Source: Anaeromyxobacteraceae bacterium
GTDB taxonomy: Bacteria; Myxococcota; Myxococcia; Myxococcales; Anaeromyxobacteraceae
Direction: 5' to 3'
Assembly (NCBI GenBank): GCA_047602405.1
Contig: JASGHJ010000002.1
Coordinates: forward strand, 1,088,001 to 1,152,000
DNA length: 64,000 bases
Shown in pieces: positions 33,148 through 44,470 of the stretch. Under the pieces are notes generated by a model. The model saw only the letters and a program-made list of their open reading frames with translations. It ran no database searches and was not told the origin of the DNA. Within the stretch, counting starts at the first letter, position 1; the number at the start of each line of letters is the position of its first letter. Both the position numbers and the translations under genes were made by a program.

Positions 33148-36100
33148 GGCAGCGCCTCCCGGGCGGCGACGCCGTGGGGCGGGGTGGCGACCCCGGACCC
33201 CGGCCCGGCACCGGCGGCGCGCGGCGTGGCGCCACCGCCGCCCGTCCCCGTCGCGCCGCGGAGCCGTGCGCGCAGCTTCTCCACCCAGACGAAGACGACC
33301 GGCACGAGCCACAGGGTCAGCATGGTGGAGGTGAGCACGCCGCCGATGACCGCGATGGCCATCGGGGAGCGGAACTCCGAGCCCATCCCGGTGCCGAGCG
33401 CGGTGGGCAGCATGCCGAGGATCATCGCGGCGCTCGTCATGAGGATCGGGCGGAGCCGGCGCGGGCCGGCCTTGCGCATCGCCTCCTCCGCGCCGTCCCC
33501 GTCGTCGCGCATGTGCTGGAGCGCCCCGTCGACGAGGAGGATCGCGTTCTTCGTCACGAGGCCCATGAGCAGGATGAGCCCGATGAGCGAGCCGATGTTG
33601 ATGCTCTTCCCCGTGGCGCCGAGGCCCAGGAACGCGCCGACGAAGGCGAGGGGGAGGGCCATCATGATGGTGAACGGGTGCACGAGCGACTCGAACTGGC
33701 TCGCGAGCACGATGAAGATGAAGATCACCGCGATCCCGAGCGCGAGCCCCATGGCCGAGTTGGTCTCGCCCATGTCCTTCTGCATGCCGTCGAAGATGTA
33801 GAAGTAGCCCGCCGGCAGCCCCTTCCCGTCGAGCTTCTGCTTCAGCATCGCGGAGGCGCCGCCGAGGTCGGCGCCGGGCGCCATCTGCGCCCAGACCGAG
33901 ATCTGCCGCTCGCGCTGCTCGTGCTCGATGACCGCCGGGCCGGTCGAGGGCCGCAGGCTCGCGAGCTGCCCGAGCGAGACCTGTCCCTTCGCCGCCTGGA
34001 TCCGAATCCGCCCGAGGGCCTCCTGCGACTCGCGGTCCTCGCCGGCGAGCCGGACCCGGATGTCCGACTCGCGCCGGCCCTCGCGGAGCTTCCCGGCCAC
34101 CTCGCCCTGCGTGGCGAGGCGCACCTGCTGGGCGACGAGGCCCGCCGGCACGCCCGCCCGGGCCGCCTCCTCGCGGTCGACCGCGACCTGGAGCTCGGGC
34201 TTGCCGGGGCTGTCCTTCAGCTGGATGTCGGCGAGGCCCGGCACCGTCCGCATCACCTCGATCATCCGCGCGGCCTCCTTGCGGAGGACGTCGAAGTCGC
34301 GGCCGACCACCCGCATCAGCACCGGTGGCCAGTCGCCGAGCCCCTCCAGCGTGGGCGGGTCGGAGACGGCGGAGGTGAGGAGGAGCCGGTCCTTCGCGAG
34401 GATCGCGCGGATCTTCTCCTTGTAGCGCTCGTCCGACTCCGCGCGGGCGTTCTTGTCCACGAGGTTCACGCGCCAGCGCGCGAGCCGCACGTCCTCGGAG
34501 GGCCCGATGACCGCGTACACGGCGGCGACGCCGGGCAGCTCCCGCACCGCCTTCTCGAGGGCGCCGGAGCGGGCCGAGGAGGTGGGGAGGCTCGTGCCCG
34601 GCGGGTACTCGAGGTTCACGACGAGCTGGTTGCGGTCCTCGTTCGGGAGGAACTCGGAGCCGAGCGCGCCCGCCACGCCGAGGCTTCCGACGAACAGCAG
34701 CGTCGCGGCGGCGGCGGTGAGCACCTTGTGGCGGAGCACCCAGTCGAGCGTCCGTGCGTAGATCCGGTCGTTCGCGTCGAAGAACGCCCGGATGCGGGTC
34801 GCGACCGGCCCGCTCGCCTCGTGGGCCCCCCCGGGCCGGCGCGCCCTCGCGAGCCGCGCCGAGAGCATCGGGTCGAGCGTGAAGGCGATGAAGAGCGAGA
34901 TGAGCACCGCCACCGAGATGGTGAGGCCGAACTCGCGGAAGAACTGGCCGACGATGCCGGACATGAAGGCGACCGGCACGAACACGGCGACGAGCGTGAA
35001 GGTGGTCGCCATGACCGCGAGCGCGATCTCGCGGGTGCCCTCGCTGGCGGCCGTGGCCGGGTCCTGGCCGGCCTCGAGCCGGCGGGTGATCGACTCGCGC
35101 ACGACGACCGCGTCGTCGATGAGGAGGCCGATGGCGAGGGACAGCCCCAGCAGCGTGAGCTGGTTGAGCGAGAAGCCCATCGCGTACATCGCGAAGAGGG
35201 TGCCGATGACGGAGGTGGGCAGGGCGAGCGACGAGATGAACGTGCCGCGCCCGTCGAGGAGGAACACGAGGATGATGAGGATCGCCATCGCGCCGCCGAA
35301 GAAGATGGCGATCCAGACCTCGTGGGCGTTCGCCTCGATGGTGACGGCCTGGTCGATGAGGATCTGGGCCTGGAAGCGGTGCTGGGCCTCGAGCTCCGGG
35401 AGGAGCTTCTTGACCGCGTTCGCGACGACCGCGGTGTTCGCGCCGGCCTGCTTCACGACCTCGAGCGAGACCGACTCGACGCCGTTCGTGCGGACGATGG
35501 TGCGGACCTCCTTCGGGCCCGCGCGGACGAGCGCCACGTCGCCGAGCCGGACGAGCGAGCCGTCCGGGCCGGTGGCGACCGGCATGGCGCGGATCTCGTC
35601 GACCGACTGGAACTCGCCCTTCACGCGCACGCCCACCTCGAGCGCGCCGGAGGGGTAGCGGCCGCCGGGGAGGTCGAGGTGCTCGGCCTGGATCCGCTGG
35701 AACACCGCGCTCGGCGTGAGTCCCAGGGGGGAGAGCCGCTCCGGGAAGAGCTCGACCAGCACCTCGGGCTCGGCGCCGCCCTGGATCCGCACCGCGGCGA
35801 CGCCGTCGAGCTGCTCGATGCGCGGCCGGACCCGGTCGTTGAGGAGCTCCCGGAACGCGACCGGGTCGGCGCCGGACGCGGCCGAGAACACGAGCACCGG
35901 CTGGGCCGAGATGTCGTACTGGGCGATGACCGGCTGCTCGGACCCGAGCGGCAGCTGGCCCTGCGCGATGCCCACCTTGTCGCGGGCGTTCTGCACCGCC
36001 TGCCCGATCGGCACCGAGAGCTTGAACTGGATGAAGACGAGCGAGACGTTCTCGCGGGAGAGCGAGAAGACCCGGTCGACGCCGGCGATCGAGGAGACCG

Positions 36101-36308
36101 CGTCCTCGATCGGGCGGGTGATCGACTCCTCCACGTCCTCGGGGCTCGCGCCCGGGTAGACCGTGGAGACCGTGACGAAGGGGAAGGTGACGTCCGGGTA
36201 GAGGTCGGTGCCGAGGCGCCGGTACCCGAGGATCCCGAGCACGATCAGCGTCACCGACATCATGGCCGTGAAGACCGGCCGCCGGATGGCGACGTCGGAG
36301 ATCGTCAC
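33144..36308 (-). CDS. RND efflux transporter permease (AcrB/AcrD/AcrF family)
   Basis: IRRPV, YPGASPEDVE, LIDDAVVV, KNAILLVD, RLRPILMTS. Confidence 0.95.
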   Translation of the reverse strand: MTISDVAIRRPVFTAMMSVTLIVLGILGYRRLGTDLYPDVTFPFVTVSTVYPGASPEDVEESITRPIEDAVSSIAGVDRVFSLSRENVSLVFIQFKLSVPIGQAVQNARDKVGIAQGQLPLGSEQPVIAQYDISAQPVLVFSAASGADPVAFRELLNDRVRPRIEQLDGVAAVRIQGGAEPEVLVELFPERLSPLGLTPSAVFQRIQAEHLDLPGGRYPSGALEVGVRVKGEFQSVDEIRAMPVATGPDGSLVRLGDVALVRAGPKEVRTIVRTNGVESVSLEVVKQAGANTAVVANAVKKLLPELEAQHRFQAQILIDQAVTIEANAHEVWIAIFFGGAMAILIILVFLLDGRGTFISSLALPTSVIGTLFAMYAMGFSLNQLTLLGLSLAIGLLIDDAVVVRESITRRLEAGQDPATAASEGTREIALAVMATTFTLVAVFVPVAFMSGIVGQFFREFGLTISVAVLISLFIAFTLDPMLSARLARARRPGGAHEASGPVATRIRAFFDANDRIYARTLDWVLRHKVLTAAAATLLFVGSLGVAGALGSEFLPNEDRNQLVVNLEYPPGTSLPTSSARSGALEKAVRELPGVAAVYAVIGPSEDVRLARWRVNLVDKNARAESDERYKEKIRAILAKDRLLLTSAVSDPPTLEGLGDWPPVLMRVVGRDFDVLRKEAARMIEVMRTVPGLADIQLKDSPGKPELQVAVDREEAARAGVPAGLVAQQVRLATQGEVAGKLREGRRESDIRVRLAGEDRESQEALGRIRIQAAKGQVSLGQLASLRPSTGPAVIEHEQRERQISVWAQMAPGADLGGASAMLKQKLDGKGLPAGYFYIFDGMQKDMGETNSAMGLALGIAVIFIFIVLASQFESLVHPFTIMMALPLAFVGAFLGLGATGKSINIGSLIGLILLMGLVTKNAILLVDGALQHMRDDGDGAEEAMRKAGPRRLRPILMTSAAMILGMLPTALGTGMGSEFRSPMAIAVIGGVLTSTMLTLWLVPVVFVWVEKLRARLRGATGTGGGGATPRAAGAGPGSGVATPPHGVAAREALP

Positions 36309-37426
36309 GGCGCGGCCTCCGCCACGACCGTCCCCTCGGCGATGCCGACCGGGGGCCGGGCGACGACCTTCAGGCCCTTGGGCCAGCCACCGGGCGCGGA
36401 CACCACCGCCGCGTCGCCCTCCTCCGCGAGGAGCCGCACCGCGAGCGCGCGGGCCTTGCCGTCGCCCGCTGCCACCCAGACCGCGAACCCGCCGTCGCGC
36501 TGCACGAGCGCGGCCGCCGGCACGCGCCAGGCGTCGCGCTCCGCGCCCTTCCCGAGCTCGGCGCGGGCGTGGGCGTTCGGGAGGAAGGCGCCGTCGTCGT
36601 TCGGGACCTCGATCTCGACGGGGACGCGGTTCGTCCCGGCCTCGACCGCCGGGACGACCGCCGTCACGGTGGCCTTCTCGGTGCGCGCGCCGGTCGCCGG
36701 CACGTGGACCACCGCCCGGGCGCCGGCCCTCACCTCGGCGGCCTCCTCCTGCGTCAGCGAGGTCTCGAGGACGAGCGTGCGGGTCGCGAGCAGCGTGACG
36801 AGCGGCATCCCGGCGGCGACGGTCACGCCCGTGCCGTCGGGGATGCGCGTGACGACCCCGGCGAAGGGCGCGCGCAGGACGTGGTGGTCGAGGTTGACCT
36901 GCGCCTGGCGGAGCTGCGCGGCGGCGGCCTGGACCTGCGCCGCCGCGAGGTCGCGCTGGGCGCGGGCCTGCACGGCCTGGGACTCGCTCGCGCCGTCCTC
37001 GGCCTTGATGCGGGTGAGGCGGGCGAGGCCGTCCTCGGCCAGGGCGAGCTGGGCCTTCGCCGCGGCGAGGCCGGCCTCGGCCTGCGCGACCTGCGCGGAG
37101 GCGAGGTCGGCATCCAGCGCCGCGAGGAGGGTGCCCTGCTTCACCTCGGCGCCGCGCGCGACCGCGACCCTGGCGAGGATGCCGGAGGCCGCCATGGCGA
37201 GCGGCGAGGCCTGGCGCGCCTTGAGCGTCCCGCTCGCGAGGACCTTCGGCGCGTGCCGCACGGGCTCGGGATCGACGAGGCGCGCGCCCGCGGCGGCGGC
37301 CGGGGCGGCGGCGGCCGGCGGAGCGCCTCCGGCAGGCGCGGCCGGGGCGGCGGGGGCGTCCTTCCGGGCGCAGGCGGCCGCCAGGGCCAGGGCGGCGAGG
37401 GCGAGGCGGAGTGCGACGCGGCGCAT
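36305..37426 (-). CDS. RND membrane fusion (adaptor) protein
   Basis: Lipobox LAAAC, lipoyl half-motifs, LRAPFAGVV. Confidence 0.9.
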   Translation of the reverse strand: MRRVALRLALAALALAAACARKDAPAAPAAPAGGAPPAAAAPAAAAGARLVDPEPVRHAPKVLASGTLKARQASPLAMAASGILARVAVARGAEVKQGTLLAALDADLASAQVAQAEAGLAAAKAQLALAEDGLARLTRIKAEDGASESQAVQARAQRDLAAAQVQAAAAQLRQAQVNLDHHVLRAPFAGVVTRIPDGTGVTVAAGMPLVTLLATRTLVLETSLTQEEAAEVRAGARAVVHVPATGARTEKATVTAVVPAVEAGTNRVPVEIEVPNDDGAFLPNAHARAELGKGAERDAWRVPAAALVQRDGGFAVWVAAGDGKARALAVRLLAEEGDAAVVSAPGGWPKGLKVVARPPVGIAEGTVVAEAAP

Positions 37427-37438
37427 GCGGGTCTCTCC

Positions 37439-38113
37439 TCAGCGTGAGATTCGTGACCGGCGGGTCATCCGGGGCGGGGCGGCGGCCGGGGTGGGGCCGA
37501 GCACGCCCTGGTAGAAGACGGCGAGGAACGAGCGGGCCCACGCCTCGAGATCGGGCCGGGCCGCGAGGTCGGACATCCGGCGCCCGAAGGCCTCGTAGGC
37601 GCCGACGATCATGTCGGAGAGCTGGTCGGGATCGACGTCCCGGCGCAGGGCGCCGGTGCCCTGCTGGTCGCGGAGCCGCCCGGCGACCAGCGTGCGGATG
37701 CGGCGGCGGAAGTCGGCCACGAGCCGCGCGTTGCCCGCGCCCGCGCTGTCGAAGGCGGCGAGGAGCTGGCGGTTGCGCCAGAGCGTCTCGAGCAGCTCCA
37801 CGTCGAGGCGCACGTCGAACGCCATGCGGCGGGCGAACGCCTCCGGGCCCTCCGGCGCCCAGGTCGCGCAGAAGCCCTCCTCCGCCTCGTGGCGGCGGCG
37901 GGCGTGCTCCTCGAGCGCGCCGAGCAGTCGCTGAAGGAGCTCGCCGAAGGCCTCCTCCTTGGTCGAGAAGTGCAGGTAGAAGGCGCCCTTCGAGATGCCG
38001 GCGCGCCGCGCGATGTCCTCGACGCGCGCGCCGTCGACGCCCTTCTTGCCGAACTCGGCGCGGGCGGCCTCGAGGAGGCTCTCGCGGGCGTCCGGACGAG
38101 GGGGGCGTGCCAT
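37439..38113 (-). CDS. TetR/AcrR family regulator
   Basis: ARVEDIARRAGISKGAFYLHFSTKE. Confidence 0.93.
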   Translation of the reverse strand: MARPPRPDARESLLEAARAEFGKKGVDGARVEDIARRAGISKGAFYLHFSTKEEAFGELLQRLLGALEEHARRRHEAEEGFCATWAPEGPEAFARRMAFDVRLDVELLETLWRNRQLLAAFDSAGAGNARLVADFRRRIRTLVAGRLRDQQGTGALRRDVDPDQLSDMIVGAYEAFGRRMSDLAARPDLEAWARSFLAVFYQGVLGPTPAAAPPRMTRRSRISR

Positions 38114-38157
38114 GGCGCGGCTTGTACCGGGCCCGGCCGCCGGGCGCAAGGCATTCC

Positions 38158-38171
38158 TGACCGGCCGGTCA
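38158..38171. promoter_or_regulatory. Palindrome TGACCGGCCGGTCA, probable TetR operator
   Basis: Perfect 14-bp palindrome about 45 nt upstream of the tetR start. Confidence 0.65.
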
Positions 38172-38347
38172 TAAACACCCGCCGAGGGCGGGGCCCGCCC
38201 GGCCGGGGAGCCCGGGCCGTGCGCGCGCCGGCCGCGCGGCAGCCGGGCGCGTGCGGCACGCCGACGCGCGGCCCCATCTCGGTCGGCCGCGGGGTCCTTG
38301 CCTCGGATCCCCGCGGGGCGTCTGCTCGCATCACGGGGGAGCGAGAC

Positions 38348-38695
38348 GTGGACCTCCGGAGAGAAGTGGACGCGACCGCGGTGGACCCGCTCGAGCGGCT
38401 GCGGGGTGACGAGGCCACGCTCGCGGACGACGTCTCCCGGGCCCGCGCGTCCGCCGAGGCCGAGGTGGAGGCGGCCCGGCGCGAGGCCGAGCGGCTCGCC
38501 GCGGAGGCCCGGGCGGGCGCCGAGGCGGAGCGGGAGGTGGAGCGGGCGTCGGCGGAGGCCGCGCTCCGGCGCGAGGCGGAGGCGGCGGAGGCCGCGCGCG
38601 AGGTGGAGCGCGCCGCGCTGTGCGCGCGGGCCGCGGCGCGCCACGCCGAAGCCGTCGCGCGGGCCCTCGCGCTCGTGCTCGGGGAGGCGCCGTGA
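38348..38695 (+). CDS. V/A-type ATPase peripheral stalk subunit G/H-like
   Basis: E/A/R-rich coiled coil, first gene of the operon, GTGA overlap with subunit I. Confidence 0.6.
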   Translation: MDLRREVDATAVDPLERLRGDEATLADDVSRARASAEAEVEAARREAERLAAEARAGAEAEREVERASAEAALRREAEAAEAAREVERAALCARAAARHAEAVARALALVLGEAP

Positions 38696-40560
38696 TCCTC
38701 CCCATGGCCCAGGTCCGGCTGCTCGGGCCCCGCGACCTCCGGGAGCGCGCGCTCGCGTTCCTGCAGGAGCAGGGCGTCCTCGAGCTGCGCGCCCCCTCGG
38801 CCGCCGATCCCGGCGCGGTCCGGCCGCGGCCGGCCGATCCGCTCGGCGCCGGGCGCGAGGCCCGGCTCGAGGACCAGCGCGCGCGCGCGCTCGCGCTCGC
38901 GGAGCGCCTGCCGGCCGTGCCGCCGGGGCCACCCGCCGCGATGCCGCCGCCCGGCTCGCCCGAGCTCGCGGCGCGCCTCGCCGGGCTCGAGCTCGAGGTC
39001 GGGGCGCTCCTCGCCCGCCGCGCGGCGCTCGCGCAGGAGCGCGAGGAGGCGGAGCGGTTCGCGCGGCTCGTCGTCGCGCTCGCCCCCTTCCGCCACGCGC
39101 TCGACCCCGGGCTCGAGCCCGAGCTGCACGGCCTCGTGCTCCGCGCCGACCCGGAGGCGCTCGCGCTCCTCGAGCGCGAGGTGGCGCGGATCACCGGCGG
39201 GGCCTGCGAGGTGCGGTCGCGCACGCTCGATCCGGAGCACGTGGGCGTCCTCCTCGTGGTGCCCCGCGCGCACGGGCGGGCGGTCGGCGCGCTCCTCTTC
39301 GAGCGCGGGGTCGACGAGGTCCGGCTCCCGGCGCGCTGCGCGGGGGAGGGCATCTACGAGGTGCTCCTGAACCTCCACGCCCGCCTGCAGGAGCTCCCCG
39401 GCGAGCTCGCGGCGGCCGACGCCGAGCTCGCCCGGATGGCGGCGAGCTACGTCCCCGCGCTCGCGGCGGCCGCCGCCGAGGCCGCCTCGGCGCTCGCGCG
39501 GGAGCGCGCGGGGGCGCGCTGCGGGGAGACCCGCTTCGCGTTCGTGATCTCGGGCTACATGCCCGAGGAGCGGGTGGCGCCGCTGCGGGCGGCCGTCCAC
39601 GGGGCGCTCGGCGACCGGGTGGTCCTCCTCTCCGCGCCGCCGCCCCGCGCCGCCTGGGCGGACGTGCCGGTCGTGCTCCGGAACGGCCCCGCGGTGCGCC
39701 CCTTCGAGCGGCTGCTCGCGCTCGTCCCGCTGCCCCGCTACGGGTCGATCGACCCGACCCCGTGGCTCGCGGTGTTCTTCCCGCTCTTCTTCGGGCTCGT
39801 GCTCGGCGACGTCGCCTTCGGCGTGCTCGGCCTCGCGGTGGCGCTCGCGCTGCGGTGGCGGAGGGTGGGCGGCCCGCTCGGGCGGGATCTCGCCGCCGTC
39901 GCGGCGGCCTGCTCGGCGAGCGCGCTCGCCTTCGGCGTCCTCTTCGGCGAGGCGCTCGGGGCGCTCGGCGAGCACGTGGGCCTCCACCCGCTCCTCATGG
40001 ATCGCCGCGGCCGGGTGCTCGAGTTCCTCGCGCTCGCGCTCGGGGTCGGCGCCGTCCACGTCGCGGTCGGCATGGCGCTCGGCGTGGCCGGCGCGGTCCG
40101 GGCCGGTCACCGGCGCGAGGCGATCGCCCGGGCGGGCCGGCTCCTGCTCCTGCTCGCGGCGGCGGTGCTCGCCGCCGCGCTCGGCGGCGCCCTGCCGCGG
40201 CCGTTCGCGACCGGCGCGGCGGTGGTGGCCGGGGCGGGGCTCCTCGCGGCGGTCCTCGCCGAGGGGCCGATGGCCGCCCTCGACGTCGTGCTCGGCCTCG
40301 GGCACGTGCTCTCGTACGCCCGCCTCATGGCGCTCGGCCTCGCGTCGGTCCTCCTCGCCGAGGTGGCGAACCTGGTGGCCGGCGCGCTCAGGCCCGCGGC
40401 GGCGGGGCTCGCGGTCGCGGTGCTCCTGCACGCGGTCAACTTCACCCTGGGGCTCATCAGCCCGACCGTGGCGGCGCTCCGCCTCCACTACGTGGAGTTC
40501 TTCGAGAAGTTCTACGACGCGGGGGGCGAGCCCTACCGACCCTTCGCGCGCACCGGGTGA
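38692..40560 (+). CDS. V/A-type ATPase subunit I (a)
   Basis: DPTP, FFGLVLGD, LSYARLMAL, LRLHYVEFFEKFY. Confidence 0.93.
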   Translation: MILPMAQVRLLGPRDLRERALAFLQEQGVLELRAPSAADPGAVRPRPADPLGAGREARLEDQRARALALAERLPAVPPGPPAAMPPPGSPELAARLAGLELEVGALLARRAALAQEREEAERFARLVVALAPFRHALDPGLEPELHGLVLRADPEALALLEREVARITGGACEVRSRTLDPEHVGVLLVVPRAHGRAVGALLFERGVDEVRLPARCAGEGIYEVLLNLHARLQELPGELAAADAELARMAASYVPALAAAAAEAASALARERAGARCGETRFAFVISGYMPEERVAPLRAAVHGALGDRVVLLSAPPPRAAWADVPVVLRNGPAVRPFERLLALVPLPRYGSIDPTPWLAVFFPLFFGLVLGDVAFGVLGLAVALALRWRRVGGPLGRDLAAVAAACSASALAFGVLFGEALGALGEHVGLHPLLMDRRGRVLEFLALALGVGAVHVAVGMALGVAGAVRAGHRREAIARAGRLLLLLAAAVLAAALGGALPRPFATGAAVVAGAGLLAAVLAEGPMAALDVVLGLGHVLSYARLMALGLASVLLAEVANLVAGALRPAAAGLAVAVLLHAVNFTLGLISPTVAALRLHYVEFFEKFYDAGGEPYRPFARTG

Positions 40561-40573
40561 GAGGAGGTCGACC

Positions 40574-40789
40574 GTGGAGAAGCTCTTCCTGGCAGCGAGC
40601 GCGGCGGCGGCGATCGGGGTCGCGGCGGTGGCGACGGCCTGGGTCCAGTCCCGGATCGGCGCGGCGGGCGCGGGCGCGCTCGCGGAGAAGCCGGAGGTGC
40701 GCGGCACCATCATCGTGATGCTCGCCATCCCCGAGACCATCGTCATCCTCGGGTTCGTGGTGGCCGTCCTCATCCTCACCGGAGGCTGA
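40574..40789 (+). CDS. V/A-type ATPase subunit K (c), single hairpin
   Basis: Two TM helices, QSRIGAAG...AIPET. Confidence 0.93.
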   Translation: MEKLFLAASAAAAIGVAAVATAWVQSRIGAAGAGALAEKPEVRGTIIVMLAIPETIVILGFVVAVLILTGG

Positions 40790-40790
40790 C

Positions 40791-41411
40791 GTGGCCTACG
40801 ACGCGCTGCTCCGCGTCGTGGCGGAGGAGGCCGCGCACGAGGTGGAGCGGATCCGGGAGGTCGCCCGCCGCGAGGCGGGGCGCATCGTCGACGAGGCGCG
40901 CGCGGCGGCGTCGACCGCGCGGGAGGCCGTCGTGGCCCGCGAGCGCGAGGCCGGCGCGGCGCGCCTGCGGGCCGCGCGGGAGCGGCTCGTCCTCACGCGG
41001 GAGCGGGCGCTCCTCGCCGAGCAGCGCCGGCTGCTCGCGGCCGTCGAGGCCGAGGTGCGCGGCCGGCTCGCGGCGGCCGGCGGCACCGCCCTCGACGCCC
41101 GCCTCCTCGCGGCGCTCGTGCCGGAGCTCCCCGCGGGGCCGCTCGAGGTCGAGGTGGACCCCGGCGCCGCCGCGGCCGCCCGCGAGGCGCTCGTGCGGCT
41201 CGCCCCCGCGGCTGCCGCGCGCGCGCGCTTCCGCGAGGTCGAGGCGCCGCGCGGCGGCGTCGCGGTGCGGGGCGGCCGCCTCGTGCTCGACGCGACCCTG
41301 CCGGCGCGGCTCGAGCGGGCCTGGCCCGCGCTGGAGCTCGAGCTCGCGCGGCTCCTGTTCGGGGAGCACCCGGCGCCGCCCGCCGGGGAGCCCGGGGCGG
41401 TGCCCGGGTGA
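40791..41411 (+). CDS. V/A-type ATPase subunit E
   Basis: N-terminal coiled coil, GGV...LDATL..RL; operon position. Confidence 0.8.
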   Translation: MAYDALLRVVAEEAAHEVERIREVARREAGRIVDEARAAASTAREAVVAREREAGAARLRAARERLVLTRERALLAEQRRLLAAVEAEVRGRLAAAGGTALDARLLAALVPELPAGPLEVEVDPGAAAAAREALVRLAPAAAARARFREVEAPRGGVAVRGGRLVLDATLPARLERAWPALELELARLLFGEHPAPPAGEPGAVPG

Positions 41412-42355
41412 GGCTCGACCTCGCGAACGCGCGGCTCGGCGCGCGCCGGGCGCGGCTCCTCGGCCGGGAGGGGCTGCTCGAGCTCCTCGCGCGCGGCGCG
41501 GGCGAGCGGGCCCCGGCGGCCGTCGAGGCGGCGCTGCGGGCCGCGCTGCGCGCCGAGGCCGCCGAGGTCCTCCGCTGGATCGAGGGTCCCCGGGCGCGCC
41601 GGCTCCTCTCGGCCTGGCTCTCGCTCGAGGAGGCGGAGGCCGTGAAGGCCATCGTCCGCGGGCTCGTCCACGGCGAGCGCGCGGACGCGATCCTGGCGGC
41701 GGCGCCCGCGACGCCCGCCCTCGGCGCGGAGGCGCTCCGGGCGGCGGTGGCCGCGCCCTCGGCGGAGCAGGCCCTCGGGCTCCTCGCGGCCGGCGGCAGC
41801 GAGGTCGCCGCGGCGGCGCTCGTGGCGCTCCGCGAGGCACCCTCCGCGCACCGTTCGCTCGTGCCGGTCGAGGTCGCCGCGGATCGGGCCGCGCTCGCGC
41901 GCGCCCGCGCGGCGGCCCGCGCGCGCGGGGAGGACGCCGGGGTGCTCGCCGCCCACCTCGCCGACCGCGTCGACGCCCGGAACGGCGCGACGCTGCTCCT
42001 CCTCGGGGACGCCGCCGCCGGGGAGGGTGCGCTGCTCGAAGGCGGCCGGCGGCTCGGCGCGGAGCTCCTGGCCCGCCTCGCGCGTGCACCGCTCGCGGAG
42101 CGGCGCGCCGCGCTCGAGGCGTGCCTGGGCCTCCCGGCCGCCGCGCTCGCCTCGCCCGCCCTCGCCGACCTCGCGCTCGAGCGGGCGGCGCTCGCGCCAC
42201 TCGTCCGGGCCGCGCGGGCGAGGCCGCTGTCCCTCGCGGTGCCGCTCGCCTACCTCGCGCTCCGGCGCGCGGAGGTCCGCAGGCAGGCGCTCGCGCTCCG
42301 CGCCCGCGCGCTCGGGCTGCCGGGCGACGAGGTCCTGCCGCTCCTGGAGGCCTGA
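41408..42355 (+). CDS. V/A-type ATPase subunit C (d)
   Basis: ANARL...LL, D..N, AYL..R..EVR; operon position. Confidence 0.75.
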   Translation: MRLDLANARLGARRARLLGREGLLELLARGAGERAPAAVEAALRAALRAEAAEVLRWIEGPRARRLLSAWLSLEEAEAVKAIVRGLVHGERADAILAAAPATPALGAEALRAAVAAPSAEQALGLLAAGGSEVAAAALVALREAPSAHRSLVPVEVAADRAALARARAAARARGEDAGVLAAHLADRVDARNGATLLLLGDAAAGEGALLEGGRRLGAELLARLARAPLAERRAALEACLGLPAAALASPALADLALERAALAPLVRAARARPLSLAVPLAYLALRRAEVRRQALALRARALGLPGDEVLPLLEA

Positions 42356-42730
42356 ATGACCCCGCTCGCCACCGCCCCGCCGCGCCGCCCGCTCCACCTC
42401 GTCGTGGCCGTCCGGCCGGGCGACGCGCTCGGGTTCCGCCTCGCCGGCGCCGAGGTCGCGGCGCTCGCGGCGGGGGACGAGGCCGCCGACTGGAAGCGGG
42501 TGGCCGGGGACGCGGAGGTCGGCGTCCTCGCGATCGAGGAGGAGGTCCTCGCCGCGGTGCCGGAGCGGCTCGTCCGGCGGGCGCGGAGCCGGGGCCTGCC
42601 GGTGCTGCTCCCGTTCGCCCTGCCGCGCCGCTGGTCCGACGCGGGGAAGGGCCAGGCCTACGTCGCGGCCATCATCCGCCGCGCGGTCGGCTACGGCGTG
42701 AAGCTCGCGGGGCCGGGAGGGGAGCCATGA
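42356..42730 (+). CDS. V/A-type ATPase subunit F
   Basis: [14 protein letters not shown]. Confidence 0.85.
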   Translation: MTPLATAPPRRPLHLVVAVRPGDALGFRLAGAEVAALAAGDEAADWKRVAGDAEVGVLAIEEEVLAAVPERLVRRARSRGLPVLLPFALPRRWSDAGKGQAYVAAIIRRAVGYGVKLAGPGGEP

Positions 42731-44463
42731 GGGGCGAGCTCGTCCGGATCGCGGGGCCGACGGTGGTGGCGCGCGGGCTGCCCGCCGCGGCGCTCAACGA
42801 GGTGGTCTGGGTGGGCGAGGAGCGGCTGCTCGGCGAGGTGATCCGGGTGGAGGGCGAGCTCGCCACGCTGCAGGTCTACGAGGAGACCGCGGGGCTCGCG
42901 CTCGGCGAGCCCGCCGAGGCCACCGGCGAGCCGCTCGCCGTGGAGCTCGGCCCCGGGCTCCTGGGCGCGATCTTCGACGGCGTGCAGCGCCCGCTCGCCG
43001 CGCTCGCCGAGGAGCAGGGCGAGTGGCTCGGCCGCGGCGTGCGGCTCCCGGCGCTCGATCGCAGGCGGCGCTGGGACTTCGAGCCCGCGGTGAAGGAAGG
43101 CGACGCGCTGCGCGCCGGCCAGCGGCTCGGGACGGCCCGGTCCGCGGGCGCCGAGGAGCCGGTGCTCGCGCCGCCCGACGTCGCGGGCCGGGTGGCGGGC
43201 GTGCGGTCCGGCCCCGCGGCCGTCGAGGAGGGCGTGGTGGCGCTCGAGGACGGCCGCGTGCTGTCGCTCCTGCACCGCTGGCCCGTGCGCCGGCCGCGGC
43301 CCGTCGCCCGCCGCCTCGCGCCCGACGTGCCCTTCCTCACCGGACAGCGGGTCCTCGACTGCTTCTTCCCGGTCTCGGCGGGCGGCACGGCGATGGTCCC
43401 CGGCGGCTTCGGGACCGGGAAGACCGTCCTCGAGCAGAGCCTCGCGAAGTGGGCCGCCGCCGACGTGGTCGTGTACGTGGGCTGCGGCGAGCGCGGCAAC
43501 GAGATGGCCGAGGTCATCGACGAGTTCCCGCGGCTCGTCGACCCCAGGACCGGGGGCGCGCTCCTCGCCCGCACGGTGCTCGTCGTCAACACGTCCAACA
43601 TGCCGGTCGCGGCCCGCGAGGCCTCGATCTACACGGGCTGCACGATCGCCGAGTACTTCCGGGACACGGGGCGCTCGGTCGCGCTCATGATCGACTCCAC
43701 CTCGCGCTGGGCCGAGGCGCTGCGCGAGATCTCGGCGCGCCTCGAGGAGATGCCCGGCGAGGAGGGCTACCCGACCTACCTCGCCTCACGCCTCGCGCGC
43801 TTCTACGAGCGGGCGGGCCGGGCCGAGGTGCTCGGCGGCGGGGACGGCGCGGTCACGATCGTCGGCGCGGTCTCGCCCCCGGGCGGCGACCTCTCCGAGC
43901 CGGTGACGCAGTGCTCGCTCCGCGCCACCGGCGCGCTCTGGGCGCTCTCGGCCGACCTCGCGCACCGCCGCCACTACCCGGCGGTCGACTGGGGCGTCTC
44001 CTTCTCGCTCGAGGCGGAGCGGCTGCGCCCCTGGTTCGAGCGCGCGGGGGGCGAGGGCTTCGGGGCGCTGCGCGACCAGGCGATGGGCCTCCTCCAGCGG
44101 GAGCGCGAGCTCGCGGAGGTGGCGGAGCTCGTCGGCACGGAGTCGCTGCAGGACTCGGAGCGCCTCGTCCTCGAGTCGGCCCGGCTCCTCCGGGAGGGCT
44201 TCCTCCGGCAGAGCGCGCTCCACCCGGCCGACGCCTCGTGCTCGCCCGGCAAGGCGCGCCGGATGCTGGCGGCGTTCCTGGCCGTCCACGGGCGAGCGGA
44301 GGCCGCGGTCTCGGCGGGCGTGCCGCTCCGGTCGATCCTGGAGACCGGCCTGCCGGAGCGGCTGCTCCGGCTCGCCGAGACGGAGGAGGCGGCGGTGGAC
44401 GGCGAGGCGGCCCTGCTCGAGCGCTCGGCCGCGGCGGCGTTCGGGCGGCTGACGGCGGACTGA
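42727..44463 (+). CDS. V/A-type ATPase catalytic subunit A
   Basis: [37 protein letters not shown]. Confidence 0.96.
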   Translation: MRGELVRIAGPTVVARGLPAAALNEVVWVGEERLLGEVIRVEGELATLQVYEETAGLALGEPAEATGEPLAVELGPGLLGAIFDGVQRPLAALAEEQGEWLGRGVRLPALDRRRRWDFEPAVKEGDALRAGQRLGTARSAGAEEPVLAPPDVAGRVAGVRSGPAAVEEGVVALEDGRVLSLLHRWPVRRPRPVARRLAPDVPFLTGQRVLDCFFPVSAGGTAMVPGGFGTGKTVLEQSLAKWAAADVVVYVGCGERGNEMAEVIDEFPRLVDPRTGGALLARTVLVVNTSNMPVAAREASIYTGCTIAEYFRDTGRSVALMIDSTSRWAEALREISARLEEMPGEEGYPTYLASRLARFYERAGRAEVLGGGDGAVTIVGAVSPPGGDLSEPVTQCSLRATGALWALSADLAHRRHYPAVDWGVSFSLEAERLRPWFERAGGEGFGALRDQAMGLLQRERELAEVAELVGTESLQDSERLVLESARLLREGFLRQSALHPADASCSPGKARRMLAAFLAVHGRAEAAVSAGVPLRSILETGLPERLLRLAETEEAAVDGEAALLERSAAAAFGRLTAD

Positions 44464-44470
44464 GGTGACC

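Noticed and set aside
40574..40789. Firm Na+-specificity call for the ATPase
   Set aside because: The Q...ET motif is also present in H+-coupled Thermus-type c subunits
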